DNA from: Candidatus Planktophila sp.
GTDB taxonomy: Bacteria; Actinomycetota; Actinomycetes; Nanopelagicales; Nanopelagicaceae
Direction of reading: 5' to 3'
Assembly (NCBI GenBank): GCA_044351155.1
Contig: JBILGH010000004.1
Coordinates: 12,943-76,942 of the forward strand
DNA: 64,000 bases
The position numbers were made by a program, and so were the translations under genes. Positions 8,568 to 20,304 of this stretch are shown one piece after another; position 1 is the first letter of the stretch; every line of letters begins with the position of its first letter. The notes beneath the pieces are model-generated. The model saw nothing but the letters and a program-made list of their open reading frames with translations. It made no database searches and had not been told where the DNA came from.

Positions 8568-10625
8568 ATGAGAGAAAATAAAAGTATGCCAAAGCCAGCT
8601 GAGTTAATTGATCGTGAGATCAGCTGGCTTTCATTTAACGAACGAGTTCTCGAGCTTGCCGAAGATAAAGAAGTGCCGCTCCTCGAGCGATTACGTTATT
8701 TGGCCATCTTTTCAAATAACCTAGATGAATTCTTTATGGTGCGCGTCGCTTCGATCTTAGGAAAAATTGAAAATCAAATAACTTCTACCAATACTGCTGG
8801 ATACACCCCACAACAGCTCTTAACTGCCGTAACTGATAAAGCTCGAATTTTGGCTACTCGCAACGCAGAACTGTTTAAGTCTGACGTTCTGCCAGCGCTT
8901 CAGGCTCATAAGATTGATTTGATTCACTGGAACGAATTACTTGAAGATGAACGTAACTATGTATCAAAGCTTTTCCGCGAACGCATCTATCCAGTATTGA
9001 CTCCACTAGCCGTCGACCCTTCACATCCATTCCCATATATTTCTGGCTTATCGCTTAACTTGGCGGTTATTTTAAAGAATCCAGCAACTAATGAAGAGTC
9101 ATTCGCCAGAGTTAAGGTGCCACCGATTCTCTCTAGATTCATTGCAACTTCTTCAACGGGCTCTAGACGATTTATCCCACTTGAAGATGTGATCGCAATT
9201 CATTTACAAGAGTTGTTTCCAGGAATGTTGATTGAAGACCACTACACATTCCGAGTCACCCGAAACGAAGACTTAGAACTCGAAGAAGAAGAATCTGAAG
9301 ATCTCTTAACCTCACTTGAGCAAGAATTAGCTCGTCGCAGGTTTGGTCCACCAGTTAGGCTAGAAATTGAAGAAGGAATTGATCAAGCACTACTTGAACG
9401 ACTTTGCGAAGAGTTATCCATCAACCGAGAATGTGTATTTTCACTTGCCACACCTTTAGATTTAACTGATTTAAATCGTATTGCAGACCTGGATATCCCA
9501 GAATTAAAGTTTGATCGATTCAAATCCCGAACCGCAGCATCGCTCAGCGAAGTGGATTTTGGTGATCCAGAGCTATTCTTTGCCGCGATTCGCCAAGGCG
9601 AGATTTTGCTTCATCACCCCTATGAGTCCTTTACTAGTTCAGTGGTTCAATTCTTGCAAAATGCAGCGCAAGACCCACAAGTACTGGCTATTAAGCAGAC
9701 TCTTTATCGAACATCAGGTGACTCACCAATCATCGAAGCGCTAATTGAGGCAGCCGAGGCAGGCAAACAAGTTTTAGCAGTTGTTGAAATTCGAGCTCGC
9801 TTCGACGAACAAGCAAATGTGCGTTGGGCACGAAAATTAGAAGCAGCTGGCGTGCATGTTGTTTATGGCTTAATGAATTTGAAAACCCACGCAAAGTTAT
9901 CGCTGGTTATTCGCGATGAAGCTAATGGTCTTCGTCGCTATTGTCATGTGGGGACTGGAAATTACAATCCTAAGACAGCACGTTTCTATGAAGATCTAGG
10001 AATTATTAGTGCTGACCAAACGCTAACTGAAGATTTAAGTAAATTGTTTAACCAACTATCCGGAATGGCGCCAGCTTCTACTTATTCAAGATTACTAGTA
10101 GCGCCTCGCAGTTTACGTACCGGTTTACTTGAAAAAATTGAAAACGAAATTACTAACTGCAAAGCTGGCTTACCTGCCGGAATCCAATTTAAGTTGAATT
10201 CTTTGCTTGACGAAGAATTCGTGGAAGCGCTCTACCGTGCCTCAAATGCTGGAGTTAAAGTTGATCTGATCATTCGTGGCATTTCCTCAATTAGACCAGG
10301 CATTAAAGGTCTCTCTGAAAACATAACGGTTCGATCAATCCTAGGTAGATTCCTTGAGCATTCTCGGATCTATCACTTTGTGAACAACAACGATGATGAG
10401 TATTGGATTGGCAGCTCAGATTTGATGCATCGAAATCTAGATCGTCGAGTTGAAAGTTTGCTACGCATCGAAAAAGTTCAGCACAGAGAGATCTTGCGAG
10501 AGATCTTTGAAATCTCGTTATCGCCAGAGACCAGCAGTTGGCACCAAGTAGGTACAGAATGGAAGCGTCATAAGAGAGCCCAAGATATTCAGGAACTCCT
10601 AATGCACAAGTATCTGAACGGATAA
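8568..10625 (+). CDS. ppk: Polyphosphate kinase 1
   Basis: REISWLSFNERVLELAED N-terminus and the autophosphorylation-region motif NLKTHAKLSLVIR. The product is 685 aa. The start could instead be the Met at 8586. Confidence 0.93.
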   Translation: MRENKSMPKPAELIDREISWLSFNERVLELAEDKEVPLLERLRYLAIFSNNLDEFFMVRVASILGKIENQITSTNTAGYTPQQLLTAVTDKARILATRNAELFKSDVLPALQAHKIDLIHWNELLEDERNYVSKLFRERIYPVLTPLAVDPSHPFPYISGLSLNLAVILKNPATNEESFARVKVPPILSRFIATSSTGSRRFIPLEDVIAIHLQELFPGMLIEDHYTFRVTRNEDLELEEEESEDLLTSLEQELARRRFGPPVRLEIEEGIDQALLERLCEELSINRECVFSLATPLDLTDLNRIADLDIPELKFDRFKSRTAASLSEVDFGDPELFFAAIRQGEILLHHPYESFTSSVVQFLQNAAQDPQVLAIKQTLYRTSGDSPIIEALIEAAEAGKQVLAVVEIRARFDEQANVRWARKLEAAGVHVVYGLMNLKTHAKLSLVIRDEANGLRRYCHVGTGNYNPKTARFYEDLGIISADQTLTEDLSKLFNQLSGMAPASTYSRLLVAPRSLRTGLLEKIENEITNCKAGLPAGIQFKLNSLLDEEFVEALYRASNAGVKVDLIIRGISSIRPGIKGLSENITVRSILGRFLEHSRIYHFVNNNDDEYWIGSSDLMHRNLDRRVESLLRIEKVQHREILREIFEISLSPETSSWHQVGTEWKRHKRAQDIQELLMHKYLNG

Positions 10626-10627
10626 CC

Positions 10628-11521
10628 ATGAGCGAAAGTGAAGTGATTCAAGGTGCTGGAGTCGTTCTTTGGCGAGTAACTAAAGAAACTACTGAAATTG
10701 CATTGGTGCATCGCCCAAAATATGACGATTGGTCCCTGCCTAAAGGAAAAGTTGAACCAGGTGAAACGCACTTAGCTTGCGCAGCTCGCGAAGTAATGGA
10801 AGAAACCGGGTACGAACCAGTCTTAGGCCCAGAAATTGGTATTGCTAAGTACTTAGCTGAGGGAACTCCTAAAGAGGTTCGATATTGGTCGGCTCGCGCA
10901 ACTGGTAAATCAACTGGCCCAAGAGATACTCATGAAGTTGATCAAGTAATCTGGCTTTCAGTCGCTGATGCCAAGAAAAAAGTAAGCGTTGAAGATGATC
11001 GCGAGATAATTAAATTTTTTGAAAGCTTTGGCATAAACACCACTCCAATTGTCTTGCTTCGACATGCTAAAGCTTTGCGGCGCGATGAATGGGAAGGCGA
11101 TGATGGCGATCGTCCGTTAGACAATAAAGGTCAAAGACAAGCAAAGCGAATGCTTTCAATTTACCAATTTTACGGCATCACCGAGATTCATACTTCCGAT
11201 GCGCAGCGCTGCATCGAAACAATTGCACCCATGGCCAAGTCCTTAAAAATGAATCCAATTTTCTCACGCGATTTATCCGAATATCGATATGAAAAAGATA
11301 AAGAAGCGCCACTTGATTACGTTTGGAGCCTACTAAAGCCGGATTTAAATGTTGTTGTCTGTAGTCATAATCCAATTCTGCCAAATTTGGTCAAGAGATT
11401 AATTGGTAAGAAGAATTTTAAGAAGATTGAAGTTGATCTACTACCTGGTGAAGCCTTTATTCTGCACCATCGCGATGGCGAAGTTGTAGCAGTTGACTGG
11501 ATCGAAGCACCAGTCGTTTAA
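10628..11521 (+). CDS. mutT1: NUDIX hydrolase fused to a histidine-phosphatase domain (MutT1-like)
   Basis: NUDIX box GKVEPGETHLACAAREVMEETG, followed by the histidine phosphatase RHA motif (VLLRHAKAL). Its position between ppk and ppx matches mycobacteria. Confidence 0.8.
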   Translation: MSESEVIQGAGVVLWRVTKETTEIALVHRPKYDDWSLPKGKVEPGETHLACAAREVMEETGYEPVLGPEIGIAKYLAEGTPKEVRYWSARATGKSTGPRDTHEVDQVIWLSVADAKKKVSVEDDREIIKFFESFGINTTPIVLLRHAKALRRDEWEGDDGDRPLDNKGQRQAKRMLSIYQFYGITEIHTSDAQRCIETIAPMAKSLKMNPIFSRDLSEYRYEKDKEAPLDYVWSLLKPDLNVVVCSHNPILPNLVKRLIGKKNFKKIEVDLLPGEAFILHHRDGEVVAVDWIEAPVV

Positions 11522-11526
11522 CTACG

Positions 11527-12444
11527 TTAGCGTTCCATCCAGTCTAACCAGCGTAAAACAATGCCTTCGCGCAGCGCCCATGGACAAATTTCAATCTGAG
11601 TAATATGTAATCTTTCCATTACAGTTCGAGCAACAATCGCACCAGCAGTTATCTGTTTAGCTCGGCTAGCTGAAACGCCTGGTAGATCAGCACGAGATTT
11701 ATCTGTCATCTCACTTAATTTAGGGATCATCATCATTAAAGCGCTTAGCTCTAGAATATTTGGATCACCTTTAAACCAATGAGCACCTAAGCGGGCAAGA
11801 GTTCGAAAAGTTTTACTTGTTGCCACAAATTGGTCGGCAGCATGTTCAAAAATTTCTTCAGGAAGTTCTGAGATAACTAACTCGCGCACCTTGGACTCTA
11901 AGTTCTTGATTTCCTTATTTGTGTAAGGATCATTTTCTAAAAATTCTCGGGTGAGTCGTGCAGCACCAAGTGGCAATGAAATAGTCGCCTCAGGATGTTC
12001 ATCGTCGCCTACGCCGATTTCTAGCGAACCACCACCAATATCAATTACAAGCAGTCGACCACTTGACCAGCCATACCAACGACGAGCAGCCAAAAAAGTC
12101 ATATTTGCTTCTTCGTCGCCGGAAAGAATATTTATCTCAATGCCAAATTCTTCATTTAAGTTGGCCAAGATTTGCGCACCATTACGGGCATCACGAATAG
12201 CCGATGTTGCAAAAGCTAAAATCTCATCTGTTTTAAACTCGCGTGCGTGAATTACCGCGTCAGAGATGGCTTGGCGTAGAAGCGCAATTCCATCCTCAGT
12301 TATTTCATTAGATTTATTCAGGTAATCAGTTAGACGCAACTCAACCTTTTGATTCGTGGTCGGGCTAGGCCGCGCCCCAGGATGGGCGTCAACTACCTGT
12401 AGATGGATAGTGTTCGATCCAAGATCTAGAACACCGAGTCGCAT
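11527..12444 (-). CDS. ppx: Exopolyphosphatase / Ppx-GppA family phosphatase
   Basis: N-terminal LGVLDLGSNTIHLQV (ASKHA phosphate-1 motif), 305 aa. Confidence 0.88.
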   Translation of the reverse strand: MRLGVLDLGSNTIHLQVVDAHPGARPSPTTNQKVELRLTDYLNKSNEITEDGIALLRQAISDAVIHAREFKTDEILAFATSAIRDARNGAQILANLNEEFGIEINILSGDEEANMTFLAARRWYGWSSGRLLVIDIGGGSLEIGVGDDEHPEATISLPLGAARLTREFLENDPYTNKEIKNLESKVRELVISELPEEIFEHAADQFVATSKTFRTLARLGAHWFKGDPNILELSALMMMIPKLSEMTDKSRADLPGVSASRAKQITAGAIVARTVMERLHITQIEICPWALREGIVLRWLDWMER

Positions 12445-12544
12445 AGGCGCAATCTACAGGGATATTGCTGGGCGTAACGTTAACGATTTCTGAATTTCAC
12501 AATCTCCTGCCATAATTACGATCCTTGCAGCGATGCAAGTAAAG

Positions 12545-12619
12545 GCCTCCCTAGCTCAGTGGTAGAGCAACGCACTTGTAATGCGTAGGTCGTCAGTTCA
12601 ATCCTGACGGGGGGCTCCA
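12545..12619 (+). tRNA. tRNA-Thr (anticodon UGU), CCA encoded
   Basis: Hand-folded cloverleaf. Acceptor GCCTCCC/GGGGGGC, D arm GCTC..GAGC, anticodon stem ACGCA/TGCGT with loop CTTGTAA, T arm GTCAG-TTCAATC-CTGAC, then T-CCA. Confidence 0.9.
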
Positions 12620-12664
12620 GTTTTTAAAACGTGAGCAGCTACCTATCTAGTTAGACTACGAGCC

Positions 12665-13189
12665 ATGAGCGAATCAGTTAATCCAGAGTTTCAACCTGGC
12701 TTTGAAGATCTTTGGCGTGCCAATGAAGATTATGCGAATAGTTTTAAATATAGCGATCTAACTGGCCGAGCAGCACGTGGTTTGGCAATTGTTACTTGCA
12801 TGGATTCCCGGATTAATCCGCTCTCAGTAGTCGGAATGAAATCAGGCGATGCGAAAATTTTGCGTAATGCTGGAGCTCGCGTAACTCAGGATGTACTTCG
12901 TACTTTGGTTTTAGCCACCTATTTACTTGGGGTTGATCGCATTTTGGTGATGCCTCATACCGATTGTCGAATGGCCCAAGAAGATGAAGAAGTTATTCAC
13001 GCCATGATCGAAGAAAAACACGGCGTAGATACTCGCTCACTCGAATTCAATACCGTGGTTGATCAGCGTGCTGCCCTGAGTCAGGATCTCGCGCGTATTC
13101 GTGCTTTTCCGCTGATACCTAAAAACGTAGTTGTTAGTGGCGGGATTTATCACGTAGAAACCGGCGTGATCGAACCGATCGATAATTAA
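12665..13189 (+). CDS. Beta-class carbonic anhydrase
   Basis: Zinc ligand motifs VTCMDSRINP and MPHTDCRM, 174 aa. Confidence 0.85.
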   Translation: MSESVNPEFQPGFEDLWRANEDYANSFKYSDLTGRAARGLAIVTCMDSRINPLSVVGMKSGDAKILRNAGARVTQDVLRTLVLATYLLGVDRILVMPHTDCRMAQEDEEVIHAMIEEKHGVDTRSLEFNTVVDQRAALSQDLARIRAFPLIPKNVVVSGGIYHVETGVIEPIDN

Positions 13190-13959
13190 GCTGGATTAAC
13201 TCGGCGAATCGGCTGTCGAGTTATCGGATAAGTCTGATCACTCAAGAAACTCTTGATAAGCGTTGTAACAATGGCGGGTTTCTCTTTAACCAACCCATGC
13301 GAAGTCCCGGGAACAATTGCCAATTGTCCAAGTGGTAGAGCTTCATAAAGTTCAATCGAATGTGAGTGTTTTACAACATCATCATCGCCCGCCATAACCA
13401 TTACCGGCACGTTTATCTGTGCGATATCAGCAATGTTAATTTTTGGTTCGACTTTCCAAATCTCGTGCATTTTGACAACTTTTAAATCAAGCGTTTCCGG
13501 AGCATCTGGTGACATCTCGGCATATTCAGCCCGGTATTCATCGCTGATACCGGCTGGATCAAATTCGGGCAGATCGACTATGCCATCAGCGTTGAAGTTA
13601 GCCGCAATTGAAACAATTGACTTAACTAGTTCGGGTCGGGCAATGGCAACCATAAGTGCGATATTGGCACCGTCGCTATAACCAACCAGATGAACTGGTT
13701 CCTTGATTACTTCGGTAATAAAAGCAATTGCTTCATCACGCTGAAAATCAAAATAGAAACTGCCTGGTTGGTCAGCGCTTCGGCCATGTCCGGCCCGGTC
13801 ATAGCCAAATAAGTGAAAAGAATCTTCAAGCGGTGGAACCATGACATCAGCAAATGAATCAGTGTCACTTAATCCGCCATGTAATAAAAGAACAACTTCA
13901 CCATTATTGGTCCACTCAAAACTCCAAAGTGGATATCCCAAAACGCTTAAATATTTCAT
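13186..13959 (-). CDS. Alpha/beta-fold hydrolase
   Basis: HGG oxyanion region (LLLHGGLSD) and nucleophile elbow LVGYSDGANIAL, with a C-terminal His (PGTSHGL). Confidence 0.75.
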   Translation of the reverse strand: MKYLSVLGYPLWSFEWTNNGEVVLLLHGGLSDTDSFADVMVPPLEDSFHLFGYDRAGHGRSADQPGSFYFDFQRDEAIAFITEVIKEPVHLVGYSDGANIALMVAIARPELVKSIVSIAANFNADGIVDLPEFDPAGISDEYRAEYAEMSPDAPETLDLKVVKMHEIWKVEPKINIADIAQINVPVMVMAGDDDVVKHSHSIELYEALPLGQLAIVPGTSHGLVKEKPAIVTTLIKSFLSDQTYPITRQPIRRVNPA

Positions 13960-13972
13960 TAGAAGTTACCGA

Positions 13973-15196
13973 TTACGCAATATCCATAATGTGGCGATTT
14001 CCGCGATCAAAAGTTAGGTAGTTCCAAGTCCAGTCGGCAATTGTTCCAACTTTATTGCGACCACCTAAGAGATAGAAGAGATGAAGGAAGATCCAGATAA
14101 ACCAAGCAGGAACACCAGTTAGTTTAAGATTTTTGACTTCAACAACGGCCTTATGGCGGCCGATTGTTGCCATCGAACCTTTGTCACGATATTTAAATTC
14201 TTGCGTCGGGCGACCATTGCTCAGATTTAAGATCTGTTTTGCTGCCCAAGCACCTTGTTGAAGCGCAACCGGAGCCACCATAGGCAATAAATTACCTTTC
14301 TCATCAGTCAAACCTGCGATGTCACCAATCGCCCAAATATTTGGATAGTGATTTACCTGCAGAGTTGGCGTCGTATCAATTCTTGATTTAACCATTGGCA
14401 GTTTTAGCGCTTCAGCTGTTGGCTCGCCGCGGACGCCTGCAGCCCAGATAGTTACTTCAGATGGGATATCAGCACCATCTTTAATTGAGATCTTGCGTGG
14501 TGCAACTTTTGCGACTGCAGTGTTTAAGAAAACCTGAACGCCCATTTTTTCTAAATCTCGCTTAGTTCGATCAGATAATTTGGCTGAAAAAGTTGGCAAC
14601 AAACGTGGACCAGCTTCAATCAAATTAATCTTCATATGTTTTGCAGCATGTTCGTGGTCGTTCTTAAGTGGCCCTGAAATAAGTTCAGCTAAAGCGCCAG
14701 CCATCTCAACGCCAGTTGGCCCGCCACCTACGACGGTTAGAGAAAGAACAGTTTCATCTTCAAAGCGACAGAGATCTTCAAATCGGCGCATAATTTCAGC
14801 GCGAATATTAATCGCATCGGCAACGCTCTTCATTCCGAGTGCATGTTCGCTGACTCCAGGAATATTAAAATCTGCAGTTGCTGATCCAAGCGCAAAAATT
14901 AAATGATCAAAGTAAAGCACTTCGCTGCTATCTAATTTGATCGCTTGGTTTTTGTGATCGATTTCGATCGGTGAGCCCATACGAAATTTGATATCGCTTT
15001 TGCGCAGACCGCTTCGAACCGGATAAGCCACATGATCTGCAGCTAATCCAGCAGTTGCCACTTGGTAGAGCAGAGGCAGAAAAGTTTGGAAGTTATGGCG
15101 ATCAACCAGGGTCACGTCGGCCTTGCCAGCTAATTCGCGGGCAGCAGTTAAACCGCCGAAGCCGGCTCCTAAAATAACTACCCGAGGCTTAGCCAT
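13973..15196 (-). CDS. ndh: Type II NADH:quinone oxidoreductase (NDH-2)
   Basis: Two dinucleotide folds, VVILGAGFGGLTAAREL and VVGGGPTGVEMAGAL, 407 aa. Confidence 0.85.
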   Translation of the reverse strand: MAKPRVVILGAGFGGLTAARELAGKADVTLVDRHNFQTFLPLLYQVATAGLAADHVAYPVRSGLRKSDIKFRMGSPIEIDHKNQAIKLDSSEVLYFDHLIFALGSATADFNIPGVSEHALGMKSVADAINIRAEIMRRFEDLCRFEDETVLSLTVVGGGPTGVEMAGALAELISGPLKNDHEHAAKHMKINLIEAGPRLLPTFSAKLSDRTKRDLEKMGVQVFLNTAVAKVAPRKISIKDGADIPSEVTIWAAGVRGEPTAEALKLPMVKSRIDTTPTLQVNHYPNIWAIGDIAGLTDEKGNLLPMVAPVALQQGAWAAKQILNLSNGRPTQEFKYRDKGSMATIGRHKAVVEVKNLKLTGVPAWFIWIFLHLFYLLGGRNKVGTIADWTWNYLTFDRGNRHIMDIA

Positions 15197-15261
15197 GTGA
15201 CCCCCCTTTCTTCGAACTGTAAAAACTGCAAAAGTTATGGGTTAAGTCTATGGTTTAACAC

Positions 15262-16746
15262 ATGGAGATGCAGACCAAAGACCGTAAGTACCTAGTAACA
15301 GGGGCTTCAGGCTATGTGGGCGGTCGATTGGTACGAACTTTATTGAATGAAGATTTAGAAGTTCGGGTATTTGTGCGCGATAGAAATAAAATTGCCGGCC
15401 AGCCTTGGGTTAACCACGTAGAGGTTGTCGAAGGCAATGCTAATTCGCAATCTGATTTAATCGCAGCGCTTACTGGTATTCATACCGCTTTCTATTTATT
15501 GCACTCGATTAACTTAGGCAAGAATTTTGATGATATCGAAGCGGTTATGGCGCGCGGTTTTGCCCAAGCTGCGCAAGCCGCCGGAGTTTCACAGATTGTT
15601 TACTTAGGTGGAATTGCAAATGATCAAAAGTCTAGCCAACATTTAGCGTCACGAGTTCAAACAGGGGCGGAACTAGCTTCAGGCGCAGTTCCAGTATTAG
15701 AGCTTCGGGCCGGAATCATCATCGGTTCAGGGTCAGCGTCCTTTGAAATGTTGCGTCACTTAACGCACCGACTTCCAATCATGACTACGCCGAAATGGGT
15801 TTCCAATCTGACTCACCCAATTGCAATTAGAGATGTGCTTCATTATTTGCGAGGCACTGCACTTCTTGAAACACCAGTAAATCAAGTTTTTGATATCGGC
15901 GGCCCCGAGATACTTTCATATGCAGACATGATGCAGAAGTTTGCCAAACTATCTGGCTTGCCGCGCCGTTGGATTATTAAAGTTCCAGTGTTAACTCCAA
16001 AATTATCAAGTTTGTGGATTGGGCTGGTGACTCCAGTTCCGACAGCACTTGCTCGACCACTCGTTGGATCTTTGATTAACGAAGTTGTAGCGGATCCAAA
16101 GAAGAGCATTAACAATTTGATTCCGATTCCTGCTGAAGGTTTGTTAAATGTTGAGACCGCAATAACTCTTGCGCTTTCAAGAACTAGCGATGGCCTCGTT
16201 GAAACACGTTGGTCCGATGCTTCCTACCCAACTGCGCCATGGCAGAAAGCCCAAGGCGACCCGGATTGGGCGGGTGAAACCATTCTGAAAGATTCCCGCG
16301 AAGCCACAACTGATATTCCATTAGCTGAAATCTGGAAAACCATTGAAGGAATTGGCGGCCAACATGGTTGGTATGGCTCAGATTTTCTCTGGTTTGCTCG
16401 CGGCTTATTAGATCGTATGTTTGGCGGCGTTGGTTTACGTCGAGGCCGACGAGACCCAGATCATTTACGAGTAGGGGATAGTTTAGATTTCTGGCGCGTA
16501 GAAAAAATTGAACGTGAATCTCTTTTGCGTCTCTATGCCGAAATGGTCTTACCCGGCAAAGCTTGGCTCGAATTTAGAGTAACTGAAGTGAACGGTAAAA
16601 CTCATATCGTGCAAGAAGCCACATTTGCCCCACACGGTTTGGGTGGCCAGTTGTATTGGTACTCAGTGTTGCCATTTCATACTTTTGTATTTCCAACCAT
16701 GTTGCGAAATATTATTAAGAAGACCCGACGCAAAGTGATTAACTAG
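15262..16746 (+). CDS. NAD(P)-binding SDR-like protein with a C-terminal DUF2867-like domain
   Basis: N-terminal Rossmann motif YLVTGASGYVGGRL. The ~200-aa C-terminal extension is typical of NmrA/SDR-DUF2867 fusions. Confidence 0.6.
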   Translation: MEMQTKDRKYLVTGASGYVGGRLVRTLLNEDLEVRVFVRDRNKIAGQPWVNHVEVVEGNANSQSDLIAALTGIHTAFYLLHSINLGKNFDDIEAVMARGFAQAAQAAGVSQIVYLGGIANDQKSSQHLASRVQTGAELASGAVPVLELRAGIIIGSGSASFEMLRHLTHRLPIMTTPKWVSNLTHPIAIRDVLHYLRGTALLETPVNQVFDIGGPEILSYADMMQKFAKLSGLPRRWIIKVPVLTPKLSSLWIGLVTPVPTALARPLVGSLINEVVADPKKSINNLIPIPAEGLLNVETAITLALSRTSDGLVETRWSDASYPTAPWQKAQGDPDWAGETILKDSREATTDIPLAEIWKTIEGIGGQHGWYGSDFLWFARGLLDRMFGGVGLRRGRRDPDHLRVGDSLDFWRVEKIERESLLRLYAEMVLPGKAWLEFRVTEVNGKTHIVQEATFAPHGLGGQLYWYSVLPFHTFVFPTMLRNIIKKTRRKVIN

Positions 16747-16775
16747 TTTAATTAAATTAGTGACAGACTCTCGGT

Positions 16776-18122
16776 ATGCATGAATTCACTTCCGAAGTCG
16801 AAGCGCTAGCCAATGAGGTGCTCGCATACAGTCTTGAGCGGCTAAAGAGTGATCCACCGCTTGACGGTCCGTTATCAGAGGCTGAACTTTTTACTCAAGT
16901 AGGAAACACAATTACTACTAAAGGCCTTGGTGGAAAAGAAGCACTTGATGTTTTTACTTCGGTTCTAGCCAAGGCTTGTATTTCAACAGATCACCCAAGA
17001 AATCTAGCTTTTATTCCATCGGCACCGAGTGAATATGCAAATCTATTTGATTTAGTAGTTGGAGCTAGCGCACTGTACGGCGGCTCGTGGCAAGAAGGTG
17101 CGGGTGCGGTATTTGCCGAGAATCAAGCGCTTCGTTGGATTGCTGATTTAGCAGGTCTGCCGCAAAGTTCTGGTGGCGTTTTTGTACAAGGTGGAACCGT
17201 AGGCAATCTTTCGGCGCTAGTTGTTGCGCGCGCTCAAGCGCGTAAACAATTTTCAGATACAACGCGCTGGGTAATTGCCTGTAGTGCGCAAGCCCATTCA
17301 TCAATTGCATCTGCGGCGCAAGTCATGGATGTTGATGTCTTAAAGATTGCAGTTGATGAAAATGGCAAGCTACAAGGTGACACCGTTGCCAAAGAAATCG
17401 ATGCATTGCACCGACAGAGTGGTCGTCGCGTTTTTGCCGTTGTTGCCACAGCAGGCACCACCAATCTGGGCATAATTGATGATTTAGCTGGCATCAGTGC
17501 TGCTGCAAAAGCTCGCGAGATTTGGTTCCATGTCGATGGCGCTTATGGATTGGCGGCCTTATGTGCGCCATCAGTTCGCGCAAAGTTTTATGGTGTTGAA
17601 AATGCAGATTCGCTAATTGTTGATCCGCATAAATGGTTATTTGCGCCGTACGATGCCTGCGCACTAATTTATCGCACACCTGAATTAGCGCGTGAAGTTC
17701 ATACTCAACATGCTTCATATCTAGATACGCTGCATGATGGAAATTGGAATCCGTCAGACTACGCAATTCAATTAACACGTCGCACGCGTGGATTACCATT
17801 TTGGTTTTCACTTGCGGCATATGGAACTGATGCATATTCCGAGGCAATGGAACAATCACTTGAAGTGGCAAAGTATGCGGCGAAAAAAGTTAGTGAACAT
17901 CCAAATCTAATCTTGCTTTGCGAACCAGAACTTTCAATTGTCGCATTTACTCGCATCGGTTGGGTGGCATCGGATTATCAAAAGTGGAGTGATGAGTTAT
18001 TAACTGAACAAGTTGGATTTATTCCACCGTCATCTCATGATGGACAGCCGATATTGCGTTTTGCCATAGTCAATCCATGGACAAAATTCAGTGATATTGA
18101 TCTGATTCTGCAACGGCTATAA
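16776..18122 (+). CDS. PLP-dependent group II amino-acid decarboxylase (substrate unknown)
   Basis: PLP-lysine motif SLIVDPHKWLFAPYD, 448 aa. Confidence 0.75.
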   Translation: MHEFTSEVEALANEVLAYSLERLKSDPPLDGPLSEAELFTQVGNTITTKGLGGKEALDVFTSVLAKACISTDHPRNLAFIPSAPSEYANLFDLVVGASALYGGSWQEGAGAVFAENQALRWIADLAGLPQSSGGVFVQGGTVGNLSALVVARAQARKQFSDTTRWVIACSAQAHSSIASAAQVMDVDVLKIAVDENGKLQGDTVAKEIDALHRQSGRRVFAVVATAGTTNLGIIDDLAGISAAAKAREIWFHVDGAYGLAALCAPSVRAKFYGVENADSLIVDPHKWLFAPYDACALIYRTPELAREVHTQHASYLDTLHDGNWNPSDYAIQLTRRTRGLPFWFSLAAYGTDAYSEAMEQSLEVAKYAAKKVSEHPNLILLCEPELSIVAFTRIGWVASDYQKWSDELLTEQVGFIPPSSHDGQPILRFAIVNPWTKFSDIDLILQRL

Positions 18123-18173
18123 ATCACTTGAAGTTCCCACACTTTTTCACTCGCATTAAGTAAGATTCTCCTT

Positions 18174-18437
18174 ATGTCCGCTCAAGAACAGATCTCGGTC
18201 TCGGTAAATCTGACCGACCTCGAAATGGCGATCCTAGAATTCGAGCGAAATTGGTGGCGATATGCCGGTGCCAAAGAGTCCTCAATTAAGGAGCTCTTCG
18301 ATATGGATGCGCCTAAGTACTACCGCTTGCTAAACGATTTGATTGACCGAGAAGATGCTCTAGCTGCCTCACCGATGCTAGTTAAGCGCCTGCGCCGCCT
18401 TCGTGAGGCCCGCACACAGGCTCGTTCAGCCCGCTAA
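18174..18437 (+). CDS. DUF3263-family small protein
   Basis: AILEFERNWWRYAGAKESSIKELF...YYRLLNDLIDREDALAASPMLVKRLRRLRE matches the remembered consensus of this actinobacterial family. Confidence 0.75.
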   Translation: MSAQEQISVSVNLTDLEMAILEFERNWWRYAGAKESSIKELFDMDAPKYYRLLNDLIDREDALAASPMLVKRLRRLREARTQARSAR

Positions 18438-18530
18438 ACCCGCTTCAAGGCCCGCTCTAGCGCTCAATTCAAACCACTTTCGGCCCTGGCCTCGTTTTGC
18501 GCGGGCGAAATAATCTGCGTAGATTTGGCG

Positions 18531-18557
18531 TTAGCACTCGAGGGGTGTGAGTGATAA
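18531..18557 (+). promoter_or_regulatory. CIRCE operator (HrcA binding site) upstream of groEL
   Basis: TTAGCACTC-N9-GAGTGATAA against the consensus TTAGCACTC-N9-GAGTGCTAA (one mismatch). It ends 48 nt upstream of the groEL ATG. Confidence 0.85.
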
Positions 18558-18581
18558 AACGCCCCAAACGAATAGCAATGA

Positions 18582-20225
<1,644 letters not shown>

Positions 20226-20256
20226 GGTAATTAATTAAGCCTGAATAAGCAGCAGC

Positions 20257-20293
20257 GCCACCCTCGATTACCTTGAGGGTGGCGTTCTGCTTT
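20257..20293 (+). terminator. Intrinsic terminator after groEL
   Basis: 9-bp GC-rich stem GCCACCCTC/GAGGGTGGC with a 9-nt loop, followed by GTTCTGCTTT. Confidence 0.6.
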
Positions 20294-20304
20294 ACTCTTA
20301 GCCC

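Noticed and set aside
8568-12444. The ppk / NUDIX-histidine-phosphatase / ppx module, near phoU-senX3-regX3, as a possible novel polyphosphate system.
   Set aside because: The same ppk-mutT1 arrangement and the fused MutT1 architecture are known from mycobacteria. This is conserved core synteny, not a new system.
12524-12539. The inverted repeat CTTGCA-N4-TGCAAG just upstream of tRNA-Thr. It resembles the CTTGCAG motif of Streptomyces MalR operators.
   Set aside because: It is far from the mal locus and immediately 5' of a tRNA. It is more likely part of the tRNA precursor leader or promoter. No matching motif was seen in the mal control region.
12545-12619. tRNA-Thr and tRNA-Arg as anchors of integrated genomic islands.
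   Set aside because: I saw no integrase, excisionase, phage or transposase gene anywhere in the window, and no second copy of either tRNA 3' end. The flanking genes are housekeeping. A systematic repeat search was not possible by eye.
18531-18557. The single mismatch in the CIRCE right arm (GAGTGATAA), as something unusual.
   Set aside because: One-base deviations from the CIRCE consensus are common. The element is otherwise canonical and correctly placed upstream of groEL.
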